Origin: a virus
DNA length: 64,000 nucleotides
IMG/VR virus record: IMGVR_UViG_3300047994_000162
Coordinates: 4,536 to 68,535 of that record
Strand: one strand, 5' to 3'
Within the stretch, counting starts at the first letter, position 1, and every line of letters begins with the position of its first letter. The notes under the pieces are model-generated. The model was not told where the DNA came from. It saw only the letters and a program-made list of their open reading frames with translations, and ran no database searches. This document shows, in pieces, positions 9,342 to 19,270 of this stretch. A program made the position numbers and the translations under genes.

Positions 9342-9796
9342 CAGGCTGCTTTCGGGATTTGAGCGGGACTCGCGACCACCGCACCGGACGTCGCCGGGTT
9401 GGCGGCCATTTCAGGATTGACGACACCAGCCGAGCCGATCTCTTTGCTGGCGGCGGCGTTCAAAATAACCACCTTGGCATCGACGTTGCCGGCTTTCGCG
9501 GCTGCGAAAATCTTGTCCATCATGGCACCGAAGCCGGACGAGTTGACGCCCACCTTTGCTAGCCACACGGCCAAGATCGGGAAAACAATGTACCAGATGC
9601 TCGCGAACGCGCCGATGAAATCCTGCGTCGCCTGATACATGACGTGGACTTTGGAAATGATGAGCGCGGCCTGATCGGGCGACAACGTGCCGAGCACAAC
9701 CGCCACGCTCAACGCGCCGGTGGCGTTCGACCCCAGATATCGAAGACCGGCAGCGACCTTGTTGGAGGTGTCCGTAGGCGCGGGCGCGGGTGCCAT
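9341..9796 (-). CDS. Membrane protein (holin-like)
   Basis: AACAGGGAG RBS; two hydrophobic segments; just downstream of endolysin. Confidence 0.55.
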   Translation of the reverse strand: MAPAPAPTDTSNKVAAGLRYLGSNATGALSVAVVLGTLSPDQAALIISKVHVMYQATQDFIGAFASIWYIVFPILAVWLAKVGVNSSGFGAMMDKIFAAAKAGNVDAKVVILNAAASKEIGSAGVVNPEMAANPATSGAVVASPAQIPKAA

Positions 9797-9836
9797 GATG
9801 CTCTCCCTGTTGCGATCGCCGGCACCATACGACGAT

Positions 9837-10037
9837 TCACTCCGGGAAAATAGACTCGATAAGCCCGGCGAACTTAGCCCCATCATCTTGCAGCTTTCGA
9901 AGACCGGTTTCCTCCTGCCTGATCGCCAGTTCGGGACGCTCGGCGCCCTCGTTGATGCGGAATGCGTTGAACATTCCCTTGATGGCGTCCGCCTGGGCTT
10001 CCTTGAGTGCCGAAAGCGCTTCTTGTTTGTTTATCAT
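9837..10037 (-). CDS. Small hypothetical protein
   Basis: TGATG overlap with endolysin stop. Confidence 0.5.
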   Translation of the reverse strand: MINKQEALSALKEAQADAIKGMFNAFRINEGAERPELAIRQEETGLRKLQDDGAKFAGLIESIFPE

Positions 10038-10867
10038 CAGACCGGCTCCTTAGACTTCGCCAGCGCCTCGCGAAGCGCTGCGATGGTTTTCTCGCCGGCC
10101 ACGCCATCGACCTCGAGGCCGTAATCGTCTTGGAACGCCTCGACCGCCAGCTTGGTTTGCCGGCCATAGCTGCCGTCGACATCAAGCGGCGGATCGCGGC
10201 CGAGATCGTTAAGCGTCTGCTGAATCCACTTGGCGTCGGCATCGGGCTGTGCCGCAAAGCCGGACGCGATAGGCGGTGCCGGCACATAGGGCACGGCCGC
10301 CAGCGCCAGGGTAGGGTCCAGTTCGACCATGCGGCGCGCCACCGGGATGATGCCCAGCTGCGGGTCCATGTGGTCAGGGTTGAATTTGCCGTCATCGTCG
10401 TACTTGCCGACGGTCTGGATGTTTGTCCCGCCCCAGAGATAGGGCGAGTGCATGTGATGGAAATCGCGATAGCCGAAACCGTTGAAAAGCTCGCCGTAAT
10501 AGCAGATCAGCGGCCACGTCCAATTGTCGGCTCCGACCTTGTCCAGCCCATTGAGCCGGTACGCCGCGATTGCGGCCGACTTCCAGTCTTTGAAGGGACC
10601 GTTGTGCGGAATCCATTTCGAGGTGCTGTGCAGCGGCCAGCCCTGCGCGGGATTGAGGTTGAAATTCGACGAAGCCTCTCGTTCGAACGATGGCCCGATG
10701 AACGCGACTGGGACGCCATCGGCGGCCGTGACCTCAAGATATAGAGACTTGTGGGTCAGCAACTTGGTGGCGACCTGATCGACGAGGCTTTTGTGATCCT
10801 CGCGCACCACCATCACGGCCAGCAATCCAGTATATTCTCGGGTCAGGGCCGTGATCGGGTGTTCCAT
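10037..10867 (-). CDS. Endolysin (lysozyme-like + peptidoglycan-binding domain)
   Basis: EREAS, FNGFGY, SPYLWGGT, GKY..DG; C-terminal LDVDGSYGRQTKLAVEAFQ...VDGVAG. Confidence 0.88.
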   Translation of the reverse strand: MEHPITALTREYTGLLAVMVVREDHKSLVDQVATKLLTHKSLYLEVTAADGVPVAFIGPSFEREASSNFNLNPAQGWPLHSTSKWIPHNGPFKDWKSAAIAAYRLNGLDKVGADNWTWPLICYYGELFNGFGYRDFHHMHSPYLWGGTNIQTVGKYDDDGKFNPDHMDPQLGIIPVARRMVELDPTLALAAVPYVPAPPIASGFAAQPDADAKWIQQTLNDLGRDPPLDVDGSYGRQTKLAVEAFQDDYGLEVDGVAGEKTIAALREALAKSKEPV

Positions 10868-10877
10868 GGTGCCTCCG

Positions 10878-12635
10878 TCAGTACCGGAATTTGACCGTCA
10901 TCATGTCGTCGCCAGAGTCGAGCCAATTTTGGCCATAAGACCAATACTGGTTATCGATCATCGACGCCACCATTGTTCCTCCGAAGGGTGGCGGCGTGCA
11001 TCGCGCCGTCCGAGTCGCGGCGAAAACCATCTGGGCACTCGATGGCGCGAAAATTTCCTGATTCATGTTTCCGATGAACCCGGTTGAGTCGGCCGAATAC
11101 GGGACATTCCCGGACGGCCCGGAATCGCCGCACGTCTGTGTCGACGCCGTGGCGCCCCACCCCACGCTGATCTGATAGGATGTGTTTTGCGTCGGCTGCG
11201 GCGTCGCGATGTTGAACATGTCACGGTGGTTGACCGCCATATCGACGACGACGCGGTCGCCAGAGACGTAGCCCGCAAGAATGGTGGCCGACAGCCCGGA
11301 ATTGCTGCCGACAAAATTCCACGACCCGCTCATAAACCAACAATTCGGGCCAGCCTGCGAGAAGGATCCGCACAGTTGCGCGCCCGCCGGGCTGGTCGGG
11401 AGGGAGCCCGGGATCAGGGCGCCGGAGCCGTTCTGCGAATTGCCGATCATCTGGTAAATCACCGGCTGGAACCCGGGCGGGAAGGTCACCTTCATCAGGC
11501 CGTCGATGCGATTGTCGCTGTTCCAAATTCCGCACTGCCGATTGAATCCGGACGAAAAATCGCACTCAATCGAGCCGGCCGTCGCCGAGATCATGAAGTC
11601 GCCGACCATCTTGCAGCCGTTCGCAGCGCACGAGATGTCGTCGGCGTGCGTGGGATCGCGTCGGATCATCACAGCCGCGCCGTTGACCCGCACGCCCTGA
11701 AACAGCCCGTCGGCCACCGGCGGCGCGCCATTGACCCACGCGGCCGAGCCCAGCACCGGAACGGCACCGTTGCAGCCGACATAGACGCGATGGATCGTGC
11801 CAGGGAGCCAGCTCGAGTCGAGGTTCAACGTCAGCCCGATCGGGTCGCTCGGCCCGGACGTGAATTGCTGAGGCTGGAACGATGCCCCGCCTTGGCACAG
11901 GGTGGGCACCATCGTGCCTCGATAGGGCGCGTAGTCGATGAAACTGGCGAGCGAGTCCTGATAAAGCTCCGCGACGCCGTGGACGTTCGTCAGCCGGCCG
12001 CCGCCCGGAATGCCGGGAGCCGTCAGCGTCGATACCACCGGAGGCGGTGGTGGCGGCGGCGATGATGCGGGCAAATACTCCACCATGATCACCCCGTAGG
12101 CGGCTATCGTACTCGAAACCGGACCGATCATGACGGCCTGATTCCACGACGGCCCCGAAGGGTTCGCCGGGTTGTAGTAGGTCGTCACCGGGCTGGAATA
12201 CTTCGCGGCTTGTCCGTTAGAGCCCGCCGGGAATTGCTGGCCGACCAACGGGACTTCTCCGGCTTGCATCGAGATCAGTGCGGTGTCGCACAGCACGTTG
12301 GCGCTGCCGGCCGGCATCGTCAGCCCGGACACACCCTTGCAGGTTTCCTCGATCGGCGGCGCCTTGCACGTCGATGCGGACAATTGCGAGCAAACCATGA
12401 CGTGGGAGAATACGGTCTGGACCGCGTGCGGTGCCCCGTAGGTGACGCGCAGCGCTTGGATTGCGACCGGTAGCGCCGGCATCGCTTGGCGCATTTCCTC
12501 GCCTGGGCCGCAGCAATCCGAGTCCTTGGTCCATGCCGCGTTTGAGTAAAGCGTTTGCCATGTCTGGGCCGAGGCCGGCCCAGCGATCAGGCATCCGGCC
12601 AGCAGCATCGCCGCGGCGATCCGAAGATGTCTCAT
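10878..12635 (-). CDS. Signal-peptide-bearing, Cys-rich fibre/receptor-binding-like protein
   Basis: MRHLRIAAAMLLAGCLIAGPASA|Q; poly-Pro linker; PGGRLT and GIWN..NR motifs seen in fibre proteins. Confidence 0.55.
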   Translation of the reverse strand: MRHLRIAAAMLLAGCLIAGPASAQTWQTLYSNAAWTKDSDCCGPGEEMRQAMPALPVAIQALRVTYGAPHAVQTVFSHVMVCSQLSASTCKAPPIEETCKGVSGLTMPAGSANVLCDTALISMQAGEVPLVGQQFPAGSNGQAAKYSSPVTTYYNPANPSGPSWNQAVMIGPVSSTIAAYGVIMVEYLPASSPPPPPPPVVSTLTAPGIPGGGRLTNVHGVAELYQDSLASFIDYAPYRGTMVPTLCQGGASFQPQQFTSGPSDPIGLTLNLDSSWLPGTIHRVYVGCNGAVPVLGSAAWVNGAPPVADGLFQGVRVNGAAVMIRRDPTHADDISCAANGCKMVGDFMISATAGSIECDFSSGFNRQCGIWNSDNRIDGLMKVTFPPGFQPVIYQMIGNSQNGSGALIPGSLPTSPAGAQLCGSFSQAGPNCWFMSGSWNFVGSNSGLSATILAGYVSGDRVVVDMAVNHRDMFNIATPQPTQNTSYQISVGWGATASTQTCGDSGPSGNVPYSADSTGFIGNMNQEIFAPSSAQMVFAATRTARCTPPPFGGTMVASMIDNQYWSYGQNWLDSGDDMMTVKFRY

Positions 12636-12651
12636 GTGATTTTCCCTGTTG

Positions 12652-12686
12652 AAAAAGAAAGGCCGGCACCAATGCCGGTGCCGGCC
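12652..12686 (-). terminator. Rho-independent terminator
   Basis: 10-bp stem GGCCGGCACC/GGTGCCGGCC followed by TTTCTTTTT on minus strand. Confidence 0.75.
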
Positions 12687-12715
12687 AGGAACTTCGCTCG
12701 ATACGCTGCGGTTGT

Positions 12716-13726
12716 CTACAATCCGTAGCGTTCCTCGATGAGGATGGACCCGCTGGCTCCGGCGTTTCCATTGACCGGATTGCCGCTGCTTTTGGCGCCA
12801 CCGGGGCCAACCTGATAGCCGTAGCTGGCTGCAAGCGGCGCCGGGACAAAGAACTCGACGTATTCACCAGCGCCGCCGCCGCCCGACGCCACGTTCGGTC
12901 CGCCGGTAACGCCGCCGGCGCCAGCGCCAGTGTTCGGGGCCGCTGGGCCGCCATCTGTCGATTGCGAACCAAAGCCGGCGCCACCATAGGGCCCATTACC
13001 GCCCGAACCGCCCACCGCATTGCCGGGGCCGCTGGCCGCACCTTCGGTGCCCGCCGCGCCTTTCACGCGAAGGATTTCTGTGCCGGTCCCGGTTGTGCCG
13101 CCGGTGCCACCAAGGCCCGGATTGCCGATGCCGCCAGCGACACCAATCGAGGGCGATCCGCCGTTGGCGGTCGTCGATCCGAAGAACGACTGGCCGCCAG
13201 CAATGCCCGGGTTGGTCCCGCCAGTTCCGCCGCTTCCAGCCCCACCGCCCATCATTCTGATTCGCAACGAGGTGGCGCACTGCGGCGGCGTGTAGGTTCC
13301 GCTCGTCCCGTTTAGAAGCGAGGTAAACGTTGACGCTTGGCTGCCGTTGCCGGACGCGATAACGAACTCGGTGCCGTCGTAGATCAGGACCGACTCTTGC
13401 GCGGTTCGTAATTCGCATCCCGTCAGCGCCCCGATGCCGCCTGGGGCCGGCTTTTTGATGGCGATCGGACCCAACGTGCCACCGCTGTCAAGCGTGATCT
13501 TCAGTGTGGACGCGCCGTTGTTGATGCCATTCGGCAAGAGGCGGATCGGCACGCCGAGCAAATCATTGAGCGCGACGACGTTGTGGACCGGCACCAGCAG
13601 CGAGGTCGATGTGCCGCCGGCCGTCCCGACCCACGTCGACGATGCATTGAGTTGCGCCAACGCGGGCGCGATGAAAATGGTCGACAGAAGCGCGATGGCG
13701 GCGCCGACAGATCGGAAAAATTTCAT
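12716..13726 (-). CDS. Glycine-rich tail fibre protein with N-terminal signal-peptide-like sequence
   Basis: N.GASTL...LIYDGTEF fibre motif; SGTYTPP...MMGGGAGSGG glycine-rich domain. Confidence 0.7.
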   Translation of the reverse strand: MKFFRSVGAAIALLSTIFIAPALAQLNASSTWVGTAGGTSTSLLVPVHNVVALNDLLGVPIRLLPNGINNGASTLKITLDSGGTLGPIAIKKPAPGGIGALTGCELRTAQESVLIYDGTEFVIASGNGSQASTFTSLLNGTSGTYTPPQCATSLRIRMMGGGAGSGGTGGTNPGIAGGQSFFGSTTANGGSPSIGVAGGIGNPGLGGTGGTTGTGTEILRVKGAAGTEGAASGPGNAVGGSGGNGPYGGAGFGSQSTDGGPAAPNTGAGAGGVTGGPNVASGGGGAGEYVEFFVPAPLAASYGYQVGPGGAKSSGNPVNGNAGASGSILIEERYGL

Positions 13727-13737
13727 GTGTTCCCTCA

Positions 13738-14376
13738 TCAAGATTTTGATACGCCCCAGAGATTAGAGCCGTAATACGTGAATGTCACCGTCATGCGGTT
13801 GACGTTGCAGATCGTCTCGTTGAGGCCCGCGATGGTCTGCCCGCCAGGCGCCAGTACCGTCAGCGGGAATTGCTGAAAATTACCGACGAGATCTTGATAT
13901 TCGTAAGTCTGGCCTGCGCTGGCGTTCGATGGCAGCACGGTCGACGAAGCGCCGACGCCCGAGGTTCGATTGAGACCAATGCTGCCGTTCGCATCCGCGG
14001 TCGTGGTGTTGAACGCGCCGCTCGCGGTGACGGTGCGGTTCGGCGAAACGGTGATCTGTTGCACCATCGAGGCCATCTGGCCCGCGGTCAGCAAGTTGGC
14101 GACCAAGTCGCCAGCCAGCCAGGACAGCGCGTTGGTGTTTTCCTGCGCGCGGATGATGGTGGTAAAATTGTCGCCGCTGATCGCCGTGCAATAGACGATC
14201 TCGGTCAGCAGGCCCGTGGCCGCATCATTCAGCGTGGCGGAAAATTGCTGGTTGCCGGCGGGGTTCGGAAATTCGGCGCCGGTCCCGGACGAGACCGACA
14301 GCGACGTCGCCGTGTTGTTGATCGGCGCCGACAGCGTCGTTGAGGCATTGTTCGCAAAGATGAAAAGATTTGCCAT
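13738..14376 (-). CDS. Tail fibre proximal/adaptor protein
   Basis: FANNASTTL...EIVYCT...RAQENT...LTAG motif; follows baseplate genes. Confidence 0.7.
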   Translation of the reverse strand: MANLFIFANNASTTLSAPINNTATSLSVSSGTGAEFPNPAGNQQFSATLNDAATGLLTEIVYCTAISGDNFTTIIRAQENTNALSWLAGDLVANLLTAGQMASMVQQITVSPNRTVTASGAFNTTTADANGSIGLNRTSGVGASSTVLPSNASAGQTYEYQDLVGNFQQFPLTVLAPGGQTIAGLNETICNVNRMTVTFTYYGSNLWGVSKS

Positions 14377-15156
14377 TTAGCTCCCCGGAACCGTGATCAT
14401 GAACTGGAATTGGAACGGAAGCTGCAGAACCCCGGCCTCGATGGCTTCCTTTAACACGGATTCGTTCGGGACGGGATCGGGGCCATTCTCGAATTGGGTC
14501 AGCAGGCCATTGTACGGGATTCCCGGCTGATTGAACCCGATCCGGTTATACATGGCACCGCCGGTGATCTTTCGCGTGCCCAACGCCAGCCGGATGCTCA
14601 CTTGCCCGTTTTCGCCGAACGTGATGCTGATCTGATAGGTGTTGTCGATGTTTGGCGCGCTGCCGTTGTCGCCGATTAGAAAGCGCATGATGCGGCGCTT
14701 CAACCAGCGCACGTTGAATCGATTGCCGTCGCCCTTGTAGAAATTCCACGTCGCGATGCGCTTGAAGATGTCGTCGGTCGTCGCGGCCACATCGCTGGGC
14801 CCGATGATCTGGATTTTATCGAACGGCCAAGTGTTGTACGCGAAGGTGTTGTAGGGGCCGTTGGCGCGGAATTTTCCGCTCGACAGCGTCGGCCGGATGA
14901 AGCCGTAAATGCCGGCCATGACCCAATCCAGCAACATGCCGGTGATGGCAGGATTCGTATAGGCGGCAAGCGGGACAGTCGCGAACCACGTCACATAGCC
15001 TTGCACGAACCCATTATAGGCGTCGACGAACGCCTGCAGATCGTCGTCGTCGGCATATTGCTCATAGAGATACGCCGGGATGGTTTCCGTCAGCGTCGTC
15101 GGGCCCGACGGCGGAAATGTTCCGGATTGCGGCGTGGGTGGGAATTGCGGTGCCAT
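14377..15156 (-). CDS. Baseplate wedge protein
   Basis: LLDWV..GIYG..RP, DDIFKR; follows baseplate J. Confidence 0.7.
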   Translation of the reverse strand: MAPQFPPTPQSGTFPPSGPTTLTETIPAYLYEQYADDDDLQAFVDAYNGFVQGYVTWFATVPLAAYTNPAITGMLLDWVMAGIYGFIRPTLSSGKFRANGPYNTFAYNTWPFDKIQIIGPSDVAATTDDIFKRIATWNFYKGDGNRFNVRWLKRRIMRFLIGDNGSAPNIDNTYQISITFGENGQVSIRLALGTRKITGGAMYNRIGFNQPGIPYNGLLTQFENGPDPVPNESVLKEAIEAGVLQLPFQFQFMITVPGS

Positions 15157-15157
15157 A

Positions 15158-16618
15158 TCAGGCCTGCTCGACGGTCATGCCGCCAGTCGTCGCCTCGAAA
15201 TAGCTCTCCGGATCTCCGAACACCAGCTTGGTTCCGGACTGCGGCGGGGTCACGACGCCGTTGATGATCACCGTAAAATCGATGACGGAAATCTGGGCTG
15301 GCTGGAGAATGCCCGCCAGCGACGCGGTGAAGGTTTCCTCAGCAACCAGCAAGTTAAGCGGCTGGCCCGCCTGAATCGTGTTGATGTACGCCGCCAGCGC
15401 CGGGGCGGCGGCTTGCGCGACCGATGCCTGGGCGACAAAATTCGGCTCCGAAGTATTCCAGACCACGACCAGCGTCACGATCTGTTGCGGCGGAATGACG
15501 AACGGGACCGTGTAGATGTCCGGGAAATCGATGATGTTCGGGGTCTCGTTCCTGAAATTCGGCGTCACGACACCGCCGCCGGTATAGGGCGGGAAACCGA
15601 CCGTGTTGATGCCGGTCGAAAGCGTCTTTTCGTCGATCACGGTCGCGGTCAGATTGATGCCATCGATTGGCAGCATACCCTCGGCGCCATTGATCTGGAA
15701 AACTTGCCCGGTCTGGTAGCCATGATTTTTGTCCAGCGTCACCACGCCAGGATTCGCTTGGGTGATGTTGGTGACGTTGAGGCTGGAGCCGACCAGCGTC
15801 GAGATATCGAAAAGCGCGTCGTAGATGGCGCCGGCGACCTGATAGGGATCGCCGCCGCCGACGATCACCGACCAGCCGCCGCCGGCCTGCTGGAGGACCG
15901 AGATCAAGCGTTGCTGGACGCCCGGCACCAACCCGAGCAGGGTTTTTAGCATGGTCGGCATGCCTTGCGAGATCGCTTGGCCGCCTTGAACCACGCGGGC
16001 TCGGTATTGCTCGGGCGTCTCGGCCGCCGCGCTGGTGATACCGGCCAGCGCGTTCGAGCATGTGATCGCATAAGGCGCTGGCACCGAGGTGATGACCGCG
16101 TCTACCGACCCGGGCGCGACCGGCCAGACGCCGGGCGTCGGCGAAATGCAGAAAAGCGACACATTGCCATCGGTGTCCGAAACGCCGCCATCCTGCACGA
16201 TGTACTGATAGACGCCGTCGCCGACCGTGAAGCCGATCGGAATGACATAGCCAGCTTGCACAGCATCGGTGACGGTGTTCGTCACGTTGAACTGGACCGT
16301 CACGCTGGTATTGGTCGGCGGCGCCGGGGCGGCGCCTGGCCCGAGGTAAATCTGGCCCAACTGATTCAGCACGAACTCGTTGGAACCGTAAGGCGAAATC
16401 GAATTGATGGCCTCGATGCGCGCGGTGTCGCAAACCGTCATACCGCCCACGTCGGTCGACGACGTGTCCTCGATCAGCGAAAGCGGCAAGTTGGCGGTAT
16501 AGCCCGGCACCTGTGCGGTGACGGCCGCGATCAGATTGGCGAGTAACGTTGCCGGCGGCGTCGGCTGGGCGCCGGCCGCGGTGACGATCACCGGGATGTC
16601 GAAGTCGGTATTGCTCAT
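15158..16618 (-). CDS. Baseplate J-like protein
   Basis: ETPEQYRARV, IVGGGDPYQVAGAI; size and position. Confidence 0.8.
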   Translation of the reverse strand: MSNTDFDIPVIVTAAGAQPTPPATLLANLIAAVTAQVPGYTANLPLSLIEDTSSTDVGGMTVCDTARIEAINSISPYGSNEFVLNQLGQIYLGPGAAPAPPTNTSVTVQFNVTNTVTDAVQAGYVIPIGFTVGDGVYQYIVQDGGVSDTDGNVSLFCISPTPGVWPVAPGSVDAVITSVPAPYAITCSNALAGITSAAAETPEQYRARVVQGGQAISQGMPTMLKTLLGLVPGVQQRLISVLQQAGGGWSVIVGGGDPYQVAGAIYDALFDISTLVGSSLNVTNITQANPGVVTLDKNHGYQTGQVFQINGAEGMLPIDGINLTATVIDEKTLSTGINTVGFPPYTGGGVVTPNFRNETPNIIDFPDIYTVPFVIPPQQIVTLVVVWNTSEPNFVAQASVAQAAAPALAAYINTIQAGQPLNLLVAEETFTASLAGILQPAQISVIDFTVIINGVVTPPQSGTKLVFGDPESYFEATTGGMTVEQA

Positions 16619-16643
16619 TTCGCCCTCGCGGCCATGATATCGG

Positions 16644-17000
16644 TCATTCCGGCACCTGCACAGTCACCGAGGCGGGCGTGCCCTCCAGCAGCAACGCGTT
16701 GATGTTGTAGGTCGGCTGGTCGGCGGCCGGATCCTTCGAAAGCGTCAGGCTGGCAAAGAACTGTGCGAATTGGCTTTGCGTGCGCTGCACATAATAATCG
16801 GGCGCGATCTGTTGCATGATCGATTGCTCGGCCGGGAGCCCGAAGTCGGCATAAAACGGCGATTCCCCGAGATTGCCTTGCAGCACTTGCGCCAGTGCCG
16901 TGACGTAGACCCACGAATTGCTGCCGGTGATCGGGTCGGTTTCGACCACCACCCATTTCTTGGTCCCGTCCGGGTTCGTGATTCGGCCGTAGGTTCGCAT
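16644..17000 (-). CDS. Baseplate wedge / sheath initiator
   Basis: LGESPFYADFGLP motif; position. Confidence 0.65.
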   Translation of the reverse strand: MRTYGRITNPDGTKKWVVVETDPITGSNSWVYVTALAQVLQGNLGESPFYADFGLPAEQSIMQQIAPDYYVQRTQSQFAQFFASLTLSKDPAADQPTYNINALLLEGTPASVTVQVPE

Positions 17001-17003
17001 CGG

Positions 17004-17729
17004 CTATGTCCCTGGCGTCGGTGCGGAGGTCGGCTGGCCGCTGGCCGCCGAGGTGTGCTTGTGGGTGGTGAGCCCGATCTGATCGGCCCCGCCAACGCCT
17101 GCGATCACATTCCCGGTCGTCTTGACGTCGCCCGCATAGGTGTCGGTGCCGTCCGGTGCCGTGATGTTGCCGCTGAGGCCGAGGCCGCCATTGATTACCA
17201 CGTTTCCGTTGATGACGAGCGGGACGCCGGCCGGGAGATCGAGTTGGGCCTTTGTGGCGAGCAATTGCAGCTTGATGCGCGATTGCGAGTCCCGGAGGAT
17301 CGCGCCGTCGGGCCCATAGATCACCACCGCGTTCGGATCGTCGGCGGCCGACCATTCAGCGCTGCCCAGCGCAATGAACGCCAGATTTGACAGGTTAGGC
17401 CGCGGGCTGAGATCGGCTTTGCCGCCGCCGAGGCCCGACATGCCGCCCAGATAGGCGTCGGCCGAGATCACCATGCCCTTGCAGCCCTTCTGGATCGGGT
17501 AGCGGACATATTCGAACGCCATCACCGGCACAGTGATCTGGGGCAGCGTGAACGGGATATTCGTCAGTTCGAAATTGACCGTCACGATGCCGCTGCTGAC
17601 GACCTTGGCGACCGAGCATGGCAGGCTGTTCCCCAGCAGATCGAGCGCGCTGCGGATTTTGCGATTCGCGAATTGCTCCAGCGTTCGCGCGATCGGGGTT
17701 TTTTGAGCATTGCTGCCGCTGCTGGTCAC
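17004..17729 (-). CDS. Baseplate spike protein
   Basis: OB-fold-like N-terminus; C-terminal LTTHKH metal-binding tip motif. Confidence 0.75.
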   Translation of the reverse strand: MTSSGSNAQKTPIARTLEQFANRKIRSALDLLGNSLPCSVAKVVSSGIVTVNFELTNIPFTLPQITVPVMAFEYVRYPIQKGCKGMVISADAYLGGMSGLGGGKADLSPRPNLSNLAFIALGSAEWSAADDPNAVVIYGPDGAILRDSQSRIKLQLLATKAQLDLPAGVPLVINGNVVINGGLGLSGNITAPDGTDTYAGDVKTTGNVIAGVGGADQIGLTTHKHTSAASGQPTSAPTPGT

Positions 17730-18763
17730 GCGCCCACCACCTTGTTCGGAGCACCCTCGAAAACCGTCACCCATGCCTCGGCCGATGGTGCCCGGAAGTC
17801 GCCGACGTGCCGCATGCTGATCACGCGAAAGCCGCCCTGAAAAGTGGCTTTTTGGTTAATCAGCGACGAGTTTGCCTGCGCGGTGTTCGTGATGACGGTT
17901 TTCGGAAGCGTCAGCTTGCGGCCGACCGACAGATCGCCGCGCATGACGGTCTTGAACGAAATGTTGGGCGACTCAATCCACGTCAGCTGCCCGATCAGGT
18001 CTTGGAACGCGATATCGACCGTCGGCGAGGAATTGCTGTTCTGGGTGCCGTCGAAAACCTCGATCGTGGTGCCGACCGGAACAATGCTGATGCCCGAATA
18101 TCCTGGCGTCTTGATGGCCGCCAGGCTGATCGATCGCGCCACCTGAGAAATCTGCTCGAGCGTCGAATATCGGCCTGCCGGTGTATCGCCGGCGGGCCGC
18201 ACGATGTCGTTGCTGATCGCGACGTTGACGGTGAAGCCCGGAAACCCGGCTTGCAAGGCGGCCTTGAGCGCATCGCCCAGCGGCTGGCCGCCCTGCCAAT
18301 TCAACGTGAGGTTTCGAGGCTTTGCCAGCGACCCGACGCCCGGAGGATTCGATCCCATCGCGGGGCCGGGCGAGATCACAAAATCGAGCGTCTGGATCGG
18401 TCCCTGCCAATTGCCGAAGCACTGGAAAATGTTGCCGCTGACCAGCAGGCCGGCTTGCGCCGGGTTTGCCAACGGCAGACCCTTTTGCATGCCGCCATAG
18501 ATCGCAATGTTCTTTCCGGTCAGATCGTTGGCCTGCGCGACCTCCGCGACGCTGACGCCCCACACGCGGGCGCCCGAATAGCCCTGGCTGGTCGCGGCAT
18601 CGATCACCGGAATGTCGAGTTCGACGTTCCATGCAGCCGGCAGCGTCTTGCCGTTGACGAAGCTGGTATAGGTCGCGCCGCCCAGAATTGCGGACGAAAA
18701 GCCCGGCGGCGTGATTACGTTGCCGCTCGCCGGATCGGTGACGACGATGCGGTAGTAGCGCAT
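17726..18763 (-). CDS. Baseplate hub protein
   Basis: C-terminal RHVGDFR..W.T; position before spike. Confidence 0.65.
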   Translation of the reverse strand: MRYYRIVVTDPASGNVITPPGFSSAILGGATYTSFVNGKTLPAAWNVELDIPVIDAATSQGYSGARVWGVSVAEVAQANDLTGKNIAIYGGMQKGLPLANPAQAGLLVSGNIFQCFGNWQGPIQTLDFVISPGPAMGSNPPGVGSLAKPRNLTLNWQGGQPLGDALKAALQAGFPGFTVNVAISNDIVRPAGDTPAGRYSTLEQISQVARSISLAAIKTPGYSGISIVPVGTTIEVFDGTQNSNSSPTVDIAFQDLIGQLTWIESPNISFKTVMRGDLSVGRKLTLPKTVITNTAQANSSLINQKATFQGGFRVISMRHVGDFRAPSAEAWVTVFEGAPNKVVGA

Positions 18764-19270
18764 TCACCACACCTCAAACTGCTGGGATGCTTGCCGGAAC
18801 ACCAGCCGGCTCGTGAACGCGACATCGGAAATGTTCGGGACGCCGCCGATTAAATTGATGTCCTGGCTGGCGCTTCCGAACACCGATGCGGCGCCGGGGT
18901 CGGTCGCGATCGCATAGCTGAACGACGACGGCCCGGTGATGTAAGCCTCGATCAGCCCGTTGTAGGTGTCCGGCGCGCATCCCGAGACATTCAACGAAAC
19001 CGTGCTGGCGATTCGCAGGCCATGCGGCACCAGCGTCGTCGCGGTGACGCGGCCATTCGCCCAAACCAGATCGACGATCGAAAAACCGGTCGGCGATCCC
19101 ACGACAGCGCCATACCAGATCGGCGTCCCATCGACGGCCGACAAATTCAAATAATAGCGGCGGCCGAACAGGAGCCACGGCACCGTCGCGTTGTAGGTCT
19201 GGCCGTCGAGCACCGGCTGGAATTGATACGGCGCGGCCGTCGATGGCGCGAAATTGTAATAGGTGGTCAT
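18764..19270 (-). CDS. Baseplate/tail protein with inserted small beta-domain
   Basis: YQFQPVLDGQTY...W...RYYLNL; insert TATTLVPHGL...YNG. Confidence 0.6.
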   Translation of the reverse strand: MTTYYNFAPSTAAPYQFQPVLDGQTYNATVPWLLFGRRYYLNLSAVDGTPIWYGAVVGSPTGFSIVDLVWANGRVTATTLVPHGLRIASTVSLNVSGCAPDTYNGLIEAYITGPSSFSYAIATDPGAASVFGSASQDINLIGGVPNISDVAFTSRLVFRQASQQFEVW

